Assembly (NCBI GenBank): GCA_049971295.1
Contig: JBMFLH010000017.1
Location: forward strand, 1-29,253
Length of the DNA: 29,253 nt
Direction of reading: 5' to 3'
Origin: Candidatus Ratteibacteria bacterium
GTDB taxonomy: Bacteria > Ratteibacteria > UBA8468 > B48-G9 > DTJG01
This document shows, one piece after another, positions 17,917 to 26,772 of this stretch. Every line of letters begins with the position of its first letter. Within the stretch, counting starts at the first letter, position 1. The translations under genes and the position numbers were made by a program. The notes under the pieces are model-generated. The model had not been told where the DNA came from. It searched no databases and saw only the letters and a program-made list of their open reading frames with translations.

Positions 17917-20900
17917 ATGAAAAAATTATTTTTGTTTGCTTTAATCGGTTTACCACATCTCATTCATGCAGCAAGTTATACTATGATTACACCACAGATG
18001 CCCAATGAACATTTACCACCGATCGTGATTCAGTATGATGCAGAAACAAAAACTGGATACAACGTGGATTTTTCAAAATCACTTGTCTGGTACGATTCTT
18101 CTCAAGCAGCCACAATGAGGCGCGCTGCCAACTTCATTCAGGAAGCAATCGAAAAAATGACAGGGAAAAAGGTCCCTATTGTTTGCAGTAATGATCTTTC
18201 AAAAGGCATTATTCTACTGACAATCAATCGCGCTCCCCAGCAGTTAAGAAACAACCCTGAAGTGAAAAAGGCACTGGCAAATAACGGATCAGACTCTTAC
18301 AACGATAAGGAAGCATACTTCATTAAAACCGAACCAGACAGAGTTTTTGTCATAGCAAACAATCCAATGGGCATCATTGCTGGGGTTGTTGACCTGATGG
18401 AAAGCACAGGATACGAAATTCTCGGCATGGGACCAAACTGGATTTATGCACCTGATTACAGAACCAAACCTTTAACATTTAATATTACAAAATCAGGAAG
18501 ACCTGGCTTTTATATCAGGGCGCTCTGGCCAACAAGTGGCCAGAGCTACGGCGTTGGCACAATTATGGAAAAACCTCCTCATCCAGACGATGAAACAGTT
18601 GATGTCAGCTGGTATAGATGGGCAATTGGAGCAAAAATATATGGTTCTTCAATGCCTCCATTTCCAGGGCATGCGTTACAGGCATACCATAAAGCAGTCG
18701 CAGAAGAAATAAAAAAAACAGGCACACCAGAAGGATTCCTTGTTCCGAAAATCAATCTTGGGCTTTCAACGACACGGTCTTCAGCCGGACCTGAAAATAA
18801 AGGTGAGATGTGGATCAATACTGATACAGAGGGACCAGAAAAAGATAAAATCTACATCTCCGATGGAAAACAGTGGATTGAACAAAATCTTTCTGAAATT
18901 GGAGCAACACTTGACCTGTCAGTTGAATCTGTCAGACGAATCGTTTTTGAATCAATGAAGAAACAATCAGAATCTCATTTTGAAAAAAATCCAGACGATA
19001 TTTTTATATTTGGATATGAACCAGAAGATGGTGCTGCTGGATATGCTACGATAGAGAAATTGATGAAGAATAAAAACTGGTATCCTGAATATTGTAAAAA
19101 GGAAGGTATTCCATTTGGCAGACCATATGTACTTCATAACTACAATGGCCTCAATCAACCGAATGAAATCTGGGACCCATCATCCCCTGCAAACACTGTT
19201 TTTGGTTTCGCAAACTGGCTTTTGCATGAATATGACAAATGGATTGATTCACTGCCGCCTGAAAAACAAATAACTTCTACTGGAAAATCAAAAAAAGAAA
19301 TGGTCAGGTGCAGTGGCTATAGTTATAACTATCATGATGTCCCGCCAGATTTTAATCTTGACCCGAGAATTCGCGTTATGATTGCCAGTTATCCCAAACA
19401 TAGGGGGTGGGGAAAATGGAAAAATTTTAAGTCCCAGATGGATATGGCAAAAGCATTCCAAATTATGCTTCCAAAGGAACCTTCTGGGGATTATAGAATT
19501 ATAAGTCTGGCATATTATAGTGACCCCGGAACAGCAGGAATCCCTGCAGCATGGAGCGCTTCTCCCAAAAATATTCTTGAAGATTTACAAAAAACCTATC
19601 ATGCAGGAATTAAAGCACTCTCCTGTGAAACAGATTTCAACTTCGGCAAATACGGGCTTGCGTATTACTTAATGACCAGAGTTTTGTGGAATCCTGAAAT
19701 GTCACGTCAGGAACTTGAAAACATCAGGGATAGATGGTTTCAAAAGGCATTTGGAAGCGCCTGGAAGGAAATGAAACAGTACTATGACTTTATGCTGATT
19801 GATAATTTACCCGTCAATGGTCCAAACTCGTGGGCAAGAGCAATAAGAATGATAGATGCGGCCAGTAAGAAAATTGACCCGGTAAAAGAGCCCGATGTTC
19901 AAAAAAGACTTGATGATGTGAAACAATACTGGTACTACCATTATCTTGAAGAAAGTGGAAAGGCAACACCATCATCAAAAGAAATGCAGGAATATGTGTG
20001 GAAGGGACAGATGTCATATATGGTAGCGATGCATGCTGTAGTAAGAAGAGTTTTTGGTATTCATGATGTGAGGAAGGTGGCTGGTGAATTTGCCAGTGGT
20101 CCTGCTCATTACACTCACGAGGAAACAGAAAAATGGTGGAATCAGGTACTGGACTTCTGGAAATTTCTTCCTGTAACATATTTTAAGGATATTTCACTTA
20201 TTAATGGAAAAAAGGCATCAGAAATAGACCTCAATGACCTTGTTGCAGTAAAAGAATTTCAACAGGAATTTCCCAGCCCGTGCAATTATTATTCTAAAAC
20301 ACCTTTTGATGCTTCATTTGCTTACAATAGTGGGTATCAAAAACCAGTAAGGTTTTTCACTGTCGCTAAATCTGCCGGAGATATCATTGGATTTAAATTG
20401 TTCTGGCCATTTAACCCAGATGATGCATACTATAGAGCAAGAGATTTTTCCTTTGGTGTTGACTGGTGGGATGTAAAGGCAAAAAAATGGGTTCCTATTG
20501 TCGATAAAACAATAGCAAAACAACCTTCACAGGAAACCTCCCTGCCAAACGGTTCAAAAGTACAAATTGTTGATGTTTCAATTAAAGCCAGTAGACCCGG
20601 GACATACAGATTTCATCTTGGATATGGTGGTAATCTCGCATCTCTTACAACACCTTATTTTGATATCCAGACAGGTAAACATTCCCGACCATATCCACTC
20701 ACCTATTTTCAGAATCAGGATGGTTTAACACAACATCCAGCATATTTTTACATTCCGAAGGGCACAAAAAGTCTTGACCTGGAAGTTTTTGATACCTATA
20801 ACTATAAGATACTCACACTTTATACAGGACTATTCCCGCAGGATAAAGAAAAAATCAGAAAAGTAGACATCAGTAAACAGGGCACGTATACCATTAAATT

Positions 20901-21057
20901 AAATCCAGGAGAAGATGGTACAATCGCAAGAATTGAAGGAAATGGTTTTTCTTTTCCATATTTTTATTCAATTCCACAATTATGGGCTAAATCTCCTGCA
21001 GCATTGGTTCTGCCAAGAGCAATCGCTGAAGCAGATGGTTGGACAATAGATGAATAA
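17917..21057 (+). CDS. Large exported protein, divergent DUF4838-like (putative carbohydrate-active)
   Basis: 1046-aa ORF with signal peptide. Colinear motifs shared with the 7479 ORF: KEAY, GHA(L/W)Q, CE...GL.YY...W, QKAFG...MK.YY, RLD..KQY. Confidence 0.75.
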   Translation: MKKLFLFALIGLPHLIHAASYTMITPQMPNEHLPPIVIQYDAETKTGYNVDFSKSLVWYDSSQAATMRRAANFIQEAIEKMTGKKVPIVCSNDLSKGIILLTINRAPQQLRNNPEVKKALANNGSDSYNDKEAYFIKTEPDRVFVIANNPMGIIAGVVDLMESTGYEILGMGPNWIYAPDYRTKPLTFNITKSGRPGFYIRALWPTSGQSYGVGTIMEKPPHPDDETVDVSWYRWAIGAKIYGSSMPPFPGHALQAYHKAVAEEIKKTGTPEGFLVPKINLGLSTTRSSAGPENKGEMWINTDTEGPEKDKIYISDGKQWIEQNLSEIGATLDLSVESVRRIVFESMKKQSESHFEKNPDDIFIFGYEPEDGAAGYATIEKLMKNKNWYPEYCKKEGIPFGRPYVLHNYNGLNQPNEIWDPSSPANTVFGFANWLLHEYDKWIDSLPPEKQITSTGKSKKEMVRCSGYSYNYHDVPPDFNLDPRIRVMIASYPKHRGWGKWKNFKSQMDMAKAFQIMLPKEPSGDYRIISLAYYSDPGTAGIPAAWSASPKNILEDLQKTYHAGIKALSCETDFNFGKYGLAYYLMTRVLWNPEMSRQELENIRDRWFQKAFGSAWKEMKQYYDFMLIDNLPVNGPNSWARAIRMIDAASKKIDPVKEPDVQKRLDDVKQYWYYHYLEESGKATPSSKEMQEYVWKGQMSYMVAMHAVVRRVFGIHDVRKVAGEFASGPAHYTHEETEKWWNQVLDFWKFLPVTYFKDISLINGKKASEIDLNDLVAVKEFQQEFPSPCNYYSKTPFDASFAYNSGYQKPVRFFTVAKSAGDIIGFKLFWPFNPDDAYYRARDFSFGVDWWDVKAKKWVPIVDKTIAKQPSQETSLPNGSKVQIVDVSIKASRPGTYRFHLGYGGNLASLTTPYFDIQTGKHSRPYPLTYFQNQDGLTQHPAYFYIPKGTKSLDLEVFDTYNYKILTLYTGLFPQDKEKIRKVDISKQGTYTIKLNPGEDGTIARIEGNGFSFPYFYSIPQLWAKSPAALVLPRAIAEADGWTIDE

Positions 21058-21078
21058 GAAAGAACAAGGGAGAAGGTT

Positions 21079-22107
21079 ATGAAAAATGAACGGATTAAGG
21101 TAGTTCTTATAGGATGTGGTGGAATCAGTTTAGCATGGCTGGTACCTGCTCTGAAAGAGAAAAAAATTAAGATTACAGGACTTGTTGATGTTAATAAAAA
21201 AAATGCAGAAGCAAAAGCACACCAGTTTAAACTAAACGATGTATTTATTAGCTCCAGTTTTGACGACGCACTTAAATTAAGGCCAGATGCAGTTTTCAAT
21301 TGCACTCCGCCTGAAATTCATTATGAAACAACGATAAAGGCACTCAGAAGCGGTTGTCATGTTCTTGTTGAGAAACCTCTGGCACATTCGCTCTATCATG
21401 CAAAAAAAATGGTGGAAGAAGCTGAAAAAAAGAATAAAATTCTATCGGTAATTCAAAACAGAAGGTACTATCATTACATCCGTGGGGTTCAGAAATTTCT
21501 CAGTTTGAAAAAATTGGGAAATTTGACAACTGTAAATAGCGAGTTTTACATTGGTGCGCATTTTGGCGGATTTCGAGATGAGATGAAACACGTTCTTTTA
21601 CTGGATATGGCAATTCACACTTTTGATATGGCAAGATTTCTTACAGGCGCTGATCCGATTTCAGTGTACTGCTACGAATGGAATCCCAAACATTCATGGT
21701 ACAGATATGATGCCTCAGCGAATGCAATCTTTGAAATGACAGATGGTATTATCTATACTTACCTTGGAAGCTGGTGCGCAGAAGGAGTAAACACTACCTG
21801 GGCTGGAAACTGGAGATTTATTGGAGAAAAAGGAAGTGCAACCTGGGATGGAATGGAGAAATTTTTTGCCCAGATAGTCACCGGTAAAAAAGGATTTATT
21901 AGAAAGACAAAGGACATCAAAATCTCATTTTCAGAAAAAAAAGAAGAAAACGAAGGGCACCATGGACTTATCAGGGACTTTATCCGTGCCATAGAAACAG
22001 GAAAAAAGCCAATGACTGCTGCACAGGATAACATCAAAAGCCTTGCCATGGTCTTCGGAGCAATTGAAAGCGCAAAAAAGAAAAAGCCAGTGAAAATAAT
22101 AATCTGA
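21079..22107 (+). CDS. Gfo/Idh/MocA family oxidoreductase
   Basis: IGCGGI, HVLVEKP, QNRRY, DMAIHTFD. Confidence 0.95.
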   Translation: MKNERIKVVLIGCGGISLAWLVPALKEKKIKITGLVDVNKKNAEAKAHQFKLNDVFISSSFDDALKLRPDAVFNCTPPEIHYETTIKALRSGCHVLVEKPLAHSLYHAKKMVEEAEKKNKILSVIQNRRYYHYIRGVQKFLSLKKLGNLTTVNSEFYIGAHFGGFRDEMKHVLLLDMAIHTFDMARFLTGADPISVYCYEWNPKHSWYRYDASANAIFEMTDGIIYTYLGSWCAEGVNTTWAGNWRFIGEKGSATWDGMEKFFAQIVTGKKGFIRKTKDIKISFSEKKEENEGHHGLIRDFIRAIETGKKPMTAAQDNIKSLAMVFGAIESAKKKKPVKIII

Positions 22108-22111
22108 AAAT

Positions 22112-22660
22112 ATGAGAATAAAAATTTCATCTGACATTGCTTATGGAAACGCTTGTGATGTTTCAATTGAGGCAAATGAAAACAATGCAACTGTTTACCT
22201 TGCACCTTCTTCAAAAAAAGGATCTCAGGCACTACGGCACGAAATTCTGGTTATTCAAAGGGACATTGCGAGATGGCAAGAAAGATGCTTACCAATTTTG
22301 GGGTTAGACCTTCATGCTCCAGGTGGTGCTGAAGGAGATGGTACATATTTCCTATTTGATGCCGGACGATCACCTGTAATCAGAAAGGAGAAATATTTGA
22401 TCAATATGATTGGTAAAGCTATTGGTCAAGAATACATGTTTTCGCGATATAAAAAAAATTGGAAACCAGAAGAGGATTTAAAAAATCTCACTGTCTTAAT
22501 GTTCAGCACTTATTTTAGAATGTGTCTGAAAGTTCCAGGACTCTGTCTTGAAATTCCCTATGGCATAAATAAAGGAAAGGTTCTAACAATAGATGACTAT
22601 CTTGAAATCGGGAAAAGAGTGATTTGTGGCATTATGGAGGTAATAAAACGAATCAGGTAA
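22112..22660 (+). pseudogene. M14-like zinc carboxypeptidase with probable internal in-frame deletion
   Basis: N-terminal D..YGNA motif is joined directly to C-terminal RHE...LDLHAPG...LEIPY. The HxxE and D.NR motifs are absent. Only 182 aa. Confidence 0.6.
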
Positions 22661-23502
22661 AAAATTTTCTACCACAGGTCGATTTTTGCGGTTATAAAAT
22701 TTCAAAATTAATTCTTGGGTCAAATCCATTCAGCGGGTTTTCTCATCAAACAAGACAGATGGATGAGGAAATGCTTGATTTCTACACGACAGAAGAAATC
22801 AAAAAGGCATGGGATCAGGCGCAAGAATATGGAATCAACGGGTTTTGTGCACGCACTGACAGACACATTATTAGGGTCTTCAGGGAATATTACAATGAAG
22901 GCAGGGTAAAAAATTTTTACTGGCTTGCCCAGACAGCACCTGAATTTTCAGATTTTCAGGCAAATCTGGCACTTATTACAGGTTCAAAACTAAAACCTAC
23001 TTTTGTATATCACCATGGCGGTCAGCTTGATCTTCTTTTAATGGATGGAAAAAAACAACAGGTAAAGGACCACTTAAAAATGATGAGGGATACAGGATAC
23101 CCAATAGGACTTGCCTCACACCAAGTTGAATTCATCATTATGGCAGAAGAAGAAAACTGGGATATTGACTTTTTCCTGTGCTGTTTTTTCAACCTTACAG
23201 GAAGAGGAAAAAAAGCACTCACTGCAATCAAAGGATCTGAAGGAGAAATATTTGATCCAGAAGACCCACCGAAAATGTGTCAGGTAATAAAACAGGTGAA
23301 AAAGCCATGTATTGCATATAAGATTTTTGGAGCCGGGCGACTTTGTAACAATGAAAATCAAGTCTATTCCTCCTTGAAATTTGCATTTGAGAATATTAAA
23401 AGCCAGGACTTAGTGCTTGTTGGAGTTTTTCAGAAATATAAAAATCAGATAAAGCAGAATGTTGAACTTGCCTGCAAAATCCTTGCCAGAAAAAATTTGT
23501 GA
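22648..23502 (+). CDS. Aldo/keto-reductase-fold protein; start uncertain (ACG 22648 behind GGAGGT, or TTG 22624)
   Basis: ISKLILGSNPFSGFSH, YHHGG, IGLASH, KPCIAYKIFGAGR. Confidence 0.75.
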   Translation, partial: TNQVKNFLPQVDFCGYKISKLILGSNPFSGFSHQTRQMDEEMLDFYTTEEIKKAWDQAQEYGINGFCARTDRHIIRVFREYYNEGRVKNFYWLAQTAPEFSDFQANLALITGSKLKPTFVYHHGGQLDLLLMDGKKQQVKDHLKMMRDTGYPIGLASHQVEFIIMAEEENWDIDFFLCCFFNLTGRGKKALTAIKGSEGEIFDPEDPPKMCQVIKQVKKPCIAYKIFGAGRLCNNENQVYSSLKFAFENIKSQDLVLVGVFQKYKNQIKQNVELACKILARKNL

Positions 23503-23528
23503 ACTTTTTCCTGTTTCCAGCTGTCTAA
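23501..23528 (+). promoter_or_regulatory. ECF sigma (sigmaE/AlgU-type) promoter upstream of the serpin
   Basis: GAACTT(23501-23506)-16 bp-GTCTAA(23523-23528), followed by AGGAG RBS and ATG 23547. Confidence 0.6.
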
Positions 23529-23546
23529 ATCACAAAAGGAGCTAAC

Positions 23547-24746
23547 ATGAACAAAAAGTCATTTTCTTTTTTAATTACAATTGCCGTCTCAGTGTTTTTA
23601 TCTTTCTGCCACGCAAGAACAGTTGAAGAGCCATCTGATATTGTAACTGCAAGCAACAAGTTTGCAATTAATTTTTACAGGGAGATTGAAAGTGAAGATA
23701 GGGGCAATATTTTCTTTTCACCATTTAGCATTGTGAGCGCCTTTGGTATGGCTTATGAAGGCGCTCGAGGAAAAACATCAGAACAGATTCAATCAGTTTT
23801 CTTTTTACCGGGCAATGAAAAAAGACTGAACGGACTTTTATCACTGAATAATTTGTTGAACGAGAGAAAACAAAGCTGTGCATTGAAACTTGAAAACGCT
23901 TACTGGGTGCAGGAAAACTTCAATCTTTTGAAAACCTATACTGATATAATCAAAAAATACTATCAAGCCGAAGCATACAATGTTGATTTCATTACAAAAG
24001 AAAAACAATCCATAGATAGAATCAATGAATGGACAGAAGAAAAAACTGCCGGGAAAATTAGAGAACTTCTCAACTATGGAGATGTTGACTCAAGCACGCG
24101 GCTGATAATTACCAATGCAGTCTATTTTAAAGGTTTCTGGCAGACTCAATTTGACAAACAATTGACCACACCTGATAATTTCTATGTTAATAAAAATAGA
24201 AGCATCAAAGTCCAGATGATGCAACAGCATAACAAGGAATTTCCATATTATGAGGATGAAAACTTTCAGGTTGTGAAAATTCCATATGAATGCAAAAACC
24301 TTTCAATGTTAATACTTTTGCCTGGAAAAACTGATTCTGAAATCCCGAAAATTCCTGACTATGAAACACTGAAAACCTATTACAAATCATTGGCCACTCA
24401 AAAACTTGACCTTTATTTACCAAAATTCAGGATAGAAGTAACATACGATCTTGTGAAACCGTTAAGAAATCTCGGTTTAAAATCAGCATTTGACCCACTG
24501 GCAGCAGATTTCTCTGGCATAACAAAAAACAAAGCCCTTTTCATTTCAAAGGCAATTCAAAAATCCTTTGTTGAAGTCAACGAAGAAGGGACAGAAGCAG
24601 CAGCTGCGACCGGCATTATCATGAAGATCACAGCAGCAAGGCCTGAAGTGAAAAAGATATTCAAAGCAGACCATCCATTTATTTTTTTCATCATTGAAGA
24701 AAACACTGGTTTAATTGTTTTCGCCGGCAAAGTCGTCCAGCCATAA
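23547..24746 (+). CDS. Exported serpin (serine protease inhibitor)
   Basis: Signal peptide, NIFFSPFSI, NAVYFKGFW, LPKF, hinge VNEEGTEAAAAT, FKADHPFIF. Confidence 0.97.
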   Translation: MNKKSFSFLITIAVSVFLSFCHARTVEEPSDIVTASNKFAINFYREIESEDRGNIFFSPFSIVSAFGMAYEGARGKTSEQIQSVFFLPGNEKRLNGLLSLNNLLNERKQSCALKLENAYWVQENFNLLKTYTDIIKKYYQAEAYNVDFITKEKQSIDRINEWTEEKTAGKIRELLNYGDVDSSTRLIITNAVYFKGFWQTQFDKQLTTPDNFYVNKNRSIKVQMMQQHNKEFPYYEDENFQVVKIPYECKNLSMLILLPGKTDSEIPKIPDYETLKTYYKSLATQKLDLYLPKFRIEVTYDLVKPLRNLGLKSAFDPLAADFSGITKNKALFISKAIQKSFVEVNEEGTEAAAATGIIMKITAARPEVKKIFKADHPFIFFIIEENTGLIVFAGKVVQP

Positions 24747-24796
24747 ACAGGTGAAAAACATCTTTTTTTCGAAGTTTTTGGAGTATAATAATAATA

Positions 24797-24873
24797 GCGC
24801 CTGTAGCTCAGATGGATAGAGCGATGGACTTCGAATCCAGAGGTCGCGCGTTCAAATCGCGCCAGGCGCGCCA
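24797..24873 (+). tRNA. tRNA-Arg(UCG)
   Basis: Acceptor stem GCGCCTG/CAGGCGC, D-arm GCTC/GAGC with A20, anticodon loop CT-TCG-AA, T-arm GCGCG-TTCAAAT-CGCGC, G73 and encoded CCA. 77 nt. Confidence 0.97.
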
Positions 24874-24881
24874 ATTTCAAA

Positions 24882-25874
24882 TCAGGATTGAAACAGAACC
24901 GCGATCTTGTAAGTGAGTGCAGAAATAATGGCTGAACACGGTATTGTTAAAATCCATGCCCACAAAATTCTATGAGCAACCCCCCATCTTACAGCACTGA
25001 TTCTTCTTACTGAACCAACTCCCATAATCGCACCTGTAATTGTATGGGTGGTACTTACAGGTATTCCAAGATGAGTAGATAGTGAAATTGAAATTGCCGC
25101 TCCGAGTTCTGCGCAGAATCCATCGACAGGTTTAAGTTTAACCACCTTCTGTCCCATCGTCTTCACAATACGCCAGCCACCAAAGAGAGTGCCAAGAGCA
25201 ATTGCACCATGGCATGAGAGAACAATCCACAACGGAATATGAAACTGTTGTCCAAGAAGCCCAGCACTGAACAATAAACTTGCAATGATACCCATCGTCT
25301 TCTGAGCGTCATTGCCTCCATGCCCTAAACTGTAAAATGCGGCTGAAAGCAGCTGCCCCTTTCTAAAAATGTGGTCAATTTTTGTTGGATGACTTTTTCT
25401 CGCCAGCCAGTAAACAAAAATTCCAAAACCAAGTCCAAGCATAAGTCCAAGACTTGGAGAAACAAAAATAAAAACCACTGTCTTAAGAATTCCCTTCCAG
25501 ATCAGGACATCTACACCAACTTTGGCAAGGGCACTTCCTATCAAACCACCAATAAGGGCATGAGAAGAGCTTGTTGGCAATCCAAAATACCAGGTAATGA
25601 TATTCCATGCACAGGCGCCAACAAGCGTTCCAAATATTACAATATTATCAATAACTCTGATATCAACTATCCCTTTTCCCATGGTATTTGCTACATGAAG
25701 CCCAAAGAAAAAAAACGCAATAAAATTAAAAAAGGCAGCCCACACGACAGCCAGTCGCGGCGAAAGCACTCTTGTAGAAACTATTGTCGCAATTGAATTG
25801 GCTGAATCATGGAAACCATTTAGAAAATCAAATGTGTATGCAAGTAAAATTAAGAAAAGGATTGAAGCAGTCAT
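24882..25874 (-). CDS. pit: Inorganic phosphate transporter, PiT family
   Basis: Two signatures GFHDSAN and HGGNDAQK, plus PTSSSHA and PVSTTH. Multiple TM segments. Confidence 0.96.
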   Translation of the reverse strand: MTASILFLILLAYTFDFLNGFHDSANSIATIVSTRVLSPRLAVVWAAFFNFIAFFFFGLHVANTMGKGIVDIRVIDNIVIFGTLVGACAWNIITWYFGLPTSSSHALIGGLIGSALAKVGVDVLIWKGILKTVVFIFVSPSLGLMLGLGFGIFVYWLARKSHPTKIDHIFRKGQLLSAAFYSLGHGGNDAQKTMGIIASLLFSAGLLGQQFHIPLWIVLSCHGAIALGTLFGGWRIVKTMGQKVVKLKPVDGFCAELGAAISISLSTHLGIPVSTTHTITGAIMGVGSVRRISAVRWGVAHRILWAWILTIPCSAIISALTYKIAVLFQS

Positions 25875-25875
25875 T

Positions 25876-26502
25876 TTAAGCTTGTTTTACAAGAATTGTC
25901 TCGATAATATGGGCAACATCCTCGCATATATCAAGGATTGTTTCAGCATCTGTATAGATTTCCTTCCATTTTATTATTGCAATCGGATCTTTCTCATTGT
26001 CAAACAGCCCACCGAGCGCCTTGTCTCTCATAATGTCTCCAACATTTTCAAGTCTATTAATCTCTACACACGAACACATAATCGAATCATGCTGCTTAAC
26101 ATTCCGCATACATTTTATGGCATTTTGCACGGCTTTCACTGATTCCTGAATCACTGAGGCAAATTCAACAAGAACCGGATTGACAACTGTAATTTTATAG
26201 ACCCTTAGGCGATTGGTAATCGTGTTGAACATATCAATTACATCATCAAGTTCTTTGGCAAGATTATAGATGTCTTCTCTGTCAAAAGGTGTGATAAATG
26301 TTTTATTCAATTGATTGATAATGGCATGGGTAATTTCGTCGCCCTGGTGTTCAAGAGATTGAATTTTATTGTACAGGTTCTCGTTCAAACTCCCGGTCTC
26401 TGCAATAACTCGAAAGGTATCGGCTGCTTCTACAGCATAACTGGCCTGTTTTTCAAAAAGTTCAAAAAAATCAAAATTATTTGGAAGGAATTTTCTCAAC
26501 AC
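25876..26502 (-). CDS. DUF47 (PhoU-like) phosphate transport regulator
   Basis: AGGAGG precedes GTG 26502. LEHQGD, TFITPFDREDI, LDDVID, LENVGD, D.CEDVA. Adjacent to pit. Confidence 0.94.
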   Translation of the reverse strand: MLRKFLPNNFDFFELFEKQASYAVEAADTFRVIAETGSLNENLYNKIQSLEHQGDEITHAIINQLNKTFITPFDREDIYNLAKELDDVIDMFNTITNRLRVYKITVVNPVLVEFASVIQESVKAVQNAIKCMRNVKQHDSIMCSCVEINRLENVGDIMRDKALGGLFDNEKDPIAIIKWKEIYTDAETILDICEDVAHIIETILVKQA

Positions 26503-26541
26503 TTTATCGCCTCCTTGGCTCGGGAATACAGAATACATTTT

Positions 26542-26569
26542 ATTATATCATCTAATGGTAAAAAATCAA
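26542..26569 (-). promoter_or_regulatory. Sigma70-type promoter for DUF47-pit
   Basis: Minus strand TTGATT-16 bp-TATAAT with TG extension. Confidence 0.6.
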
Positions 26570-26772
26570 AATTGGCTTCGGTATTCTCTTACATCCTTGT
26601 CATCCAAAATCATGATTGTTTTCTCAAGCATCTCCATATGTTTTTCCGAATCTTCCATCTGTTAGTAATCCTTCAAGCCCATATCCAACTCATAACAATA
26701 AAAATAAGAACTCCATTGTCCTTATTTTTTTATTATAATCTCCACCGTAGGTAATGTTGACTTTTTTCCATT
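26554..26772. repeat. 29-bp imperfect inverted repeats (26554-26582 and 26744-26772)
   Basis: AATGGTAAAAAATCAAAATTGGCTTCGGT versus the reverse complement of the right arm, AATGGAAAAAAGTCAACATTACCTACGGT: 23/29 identical by manual alignment. Confidence 0.55.

Noticed and set aside
24851..24883. TTCAAATC repeated just after the tRNA (possible att scar)
   Set aside because: Only 8 bp, overlaps the pit stop codon, and there is no integrase or longer tRNA 3' duplication in the window.
26589..26615. Pho-box-like TTACAT/TGTCAT repeats upstream of DUF47-pit
   Set aside because: Spacing is 9-10 bp rather than the 11-bp period, and the match is weak.
26567..26721. Small minus-strand ORF between DUF47 and the FlgO-like gene
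   Set aside because: Interrupted by stops, under 30 codons and without a recognisable family. Mentioned only as a possible remnant.
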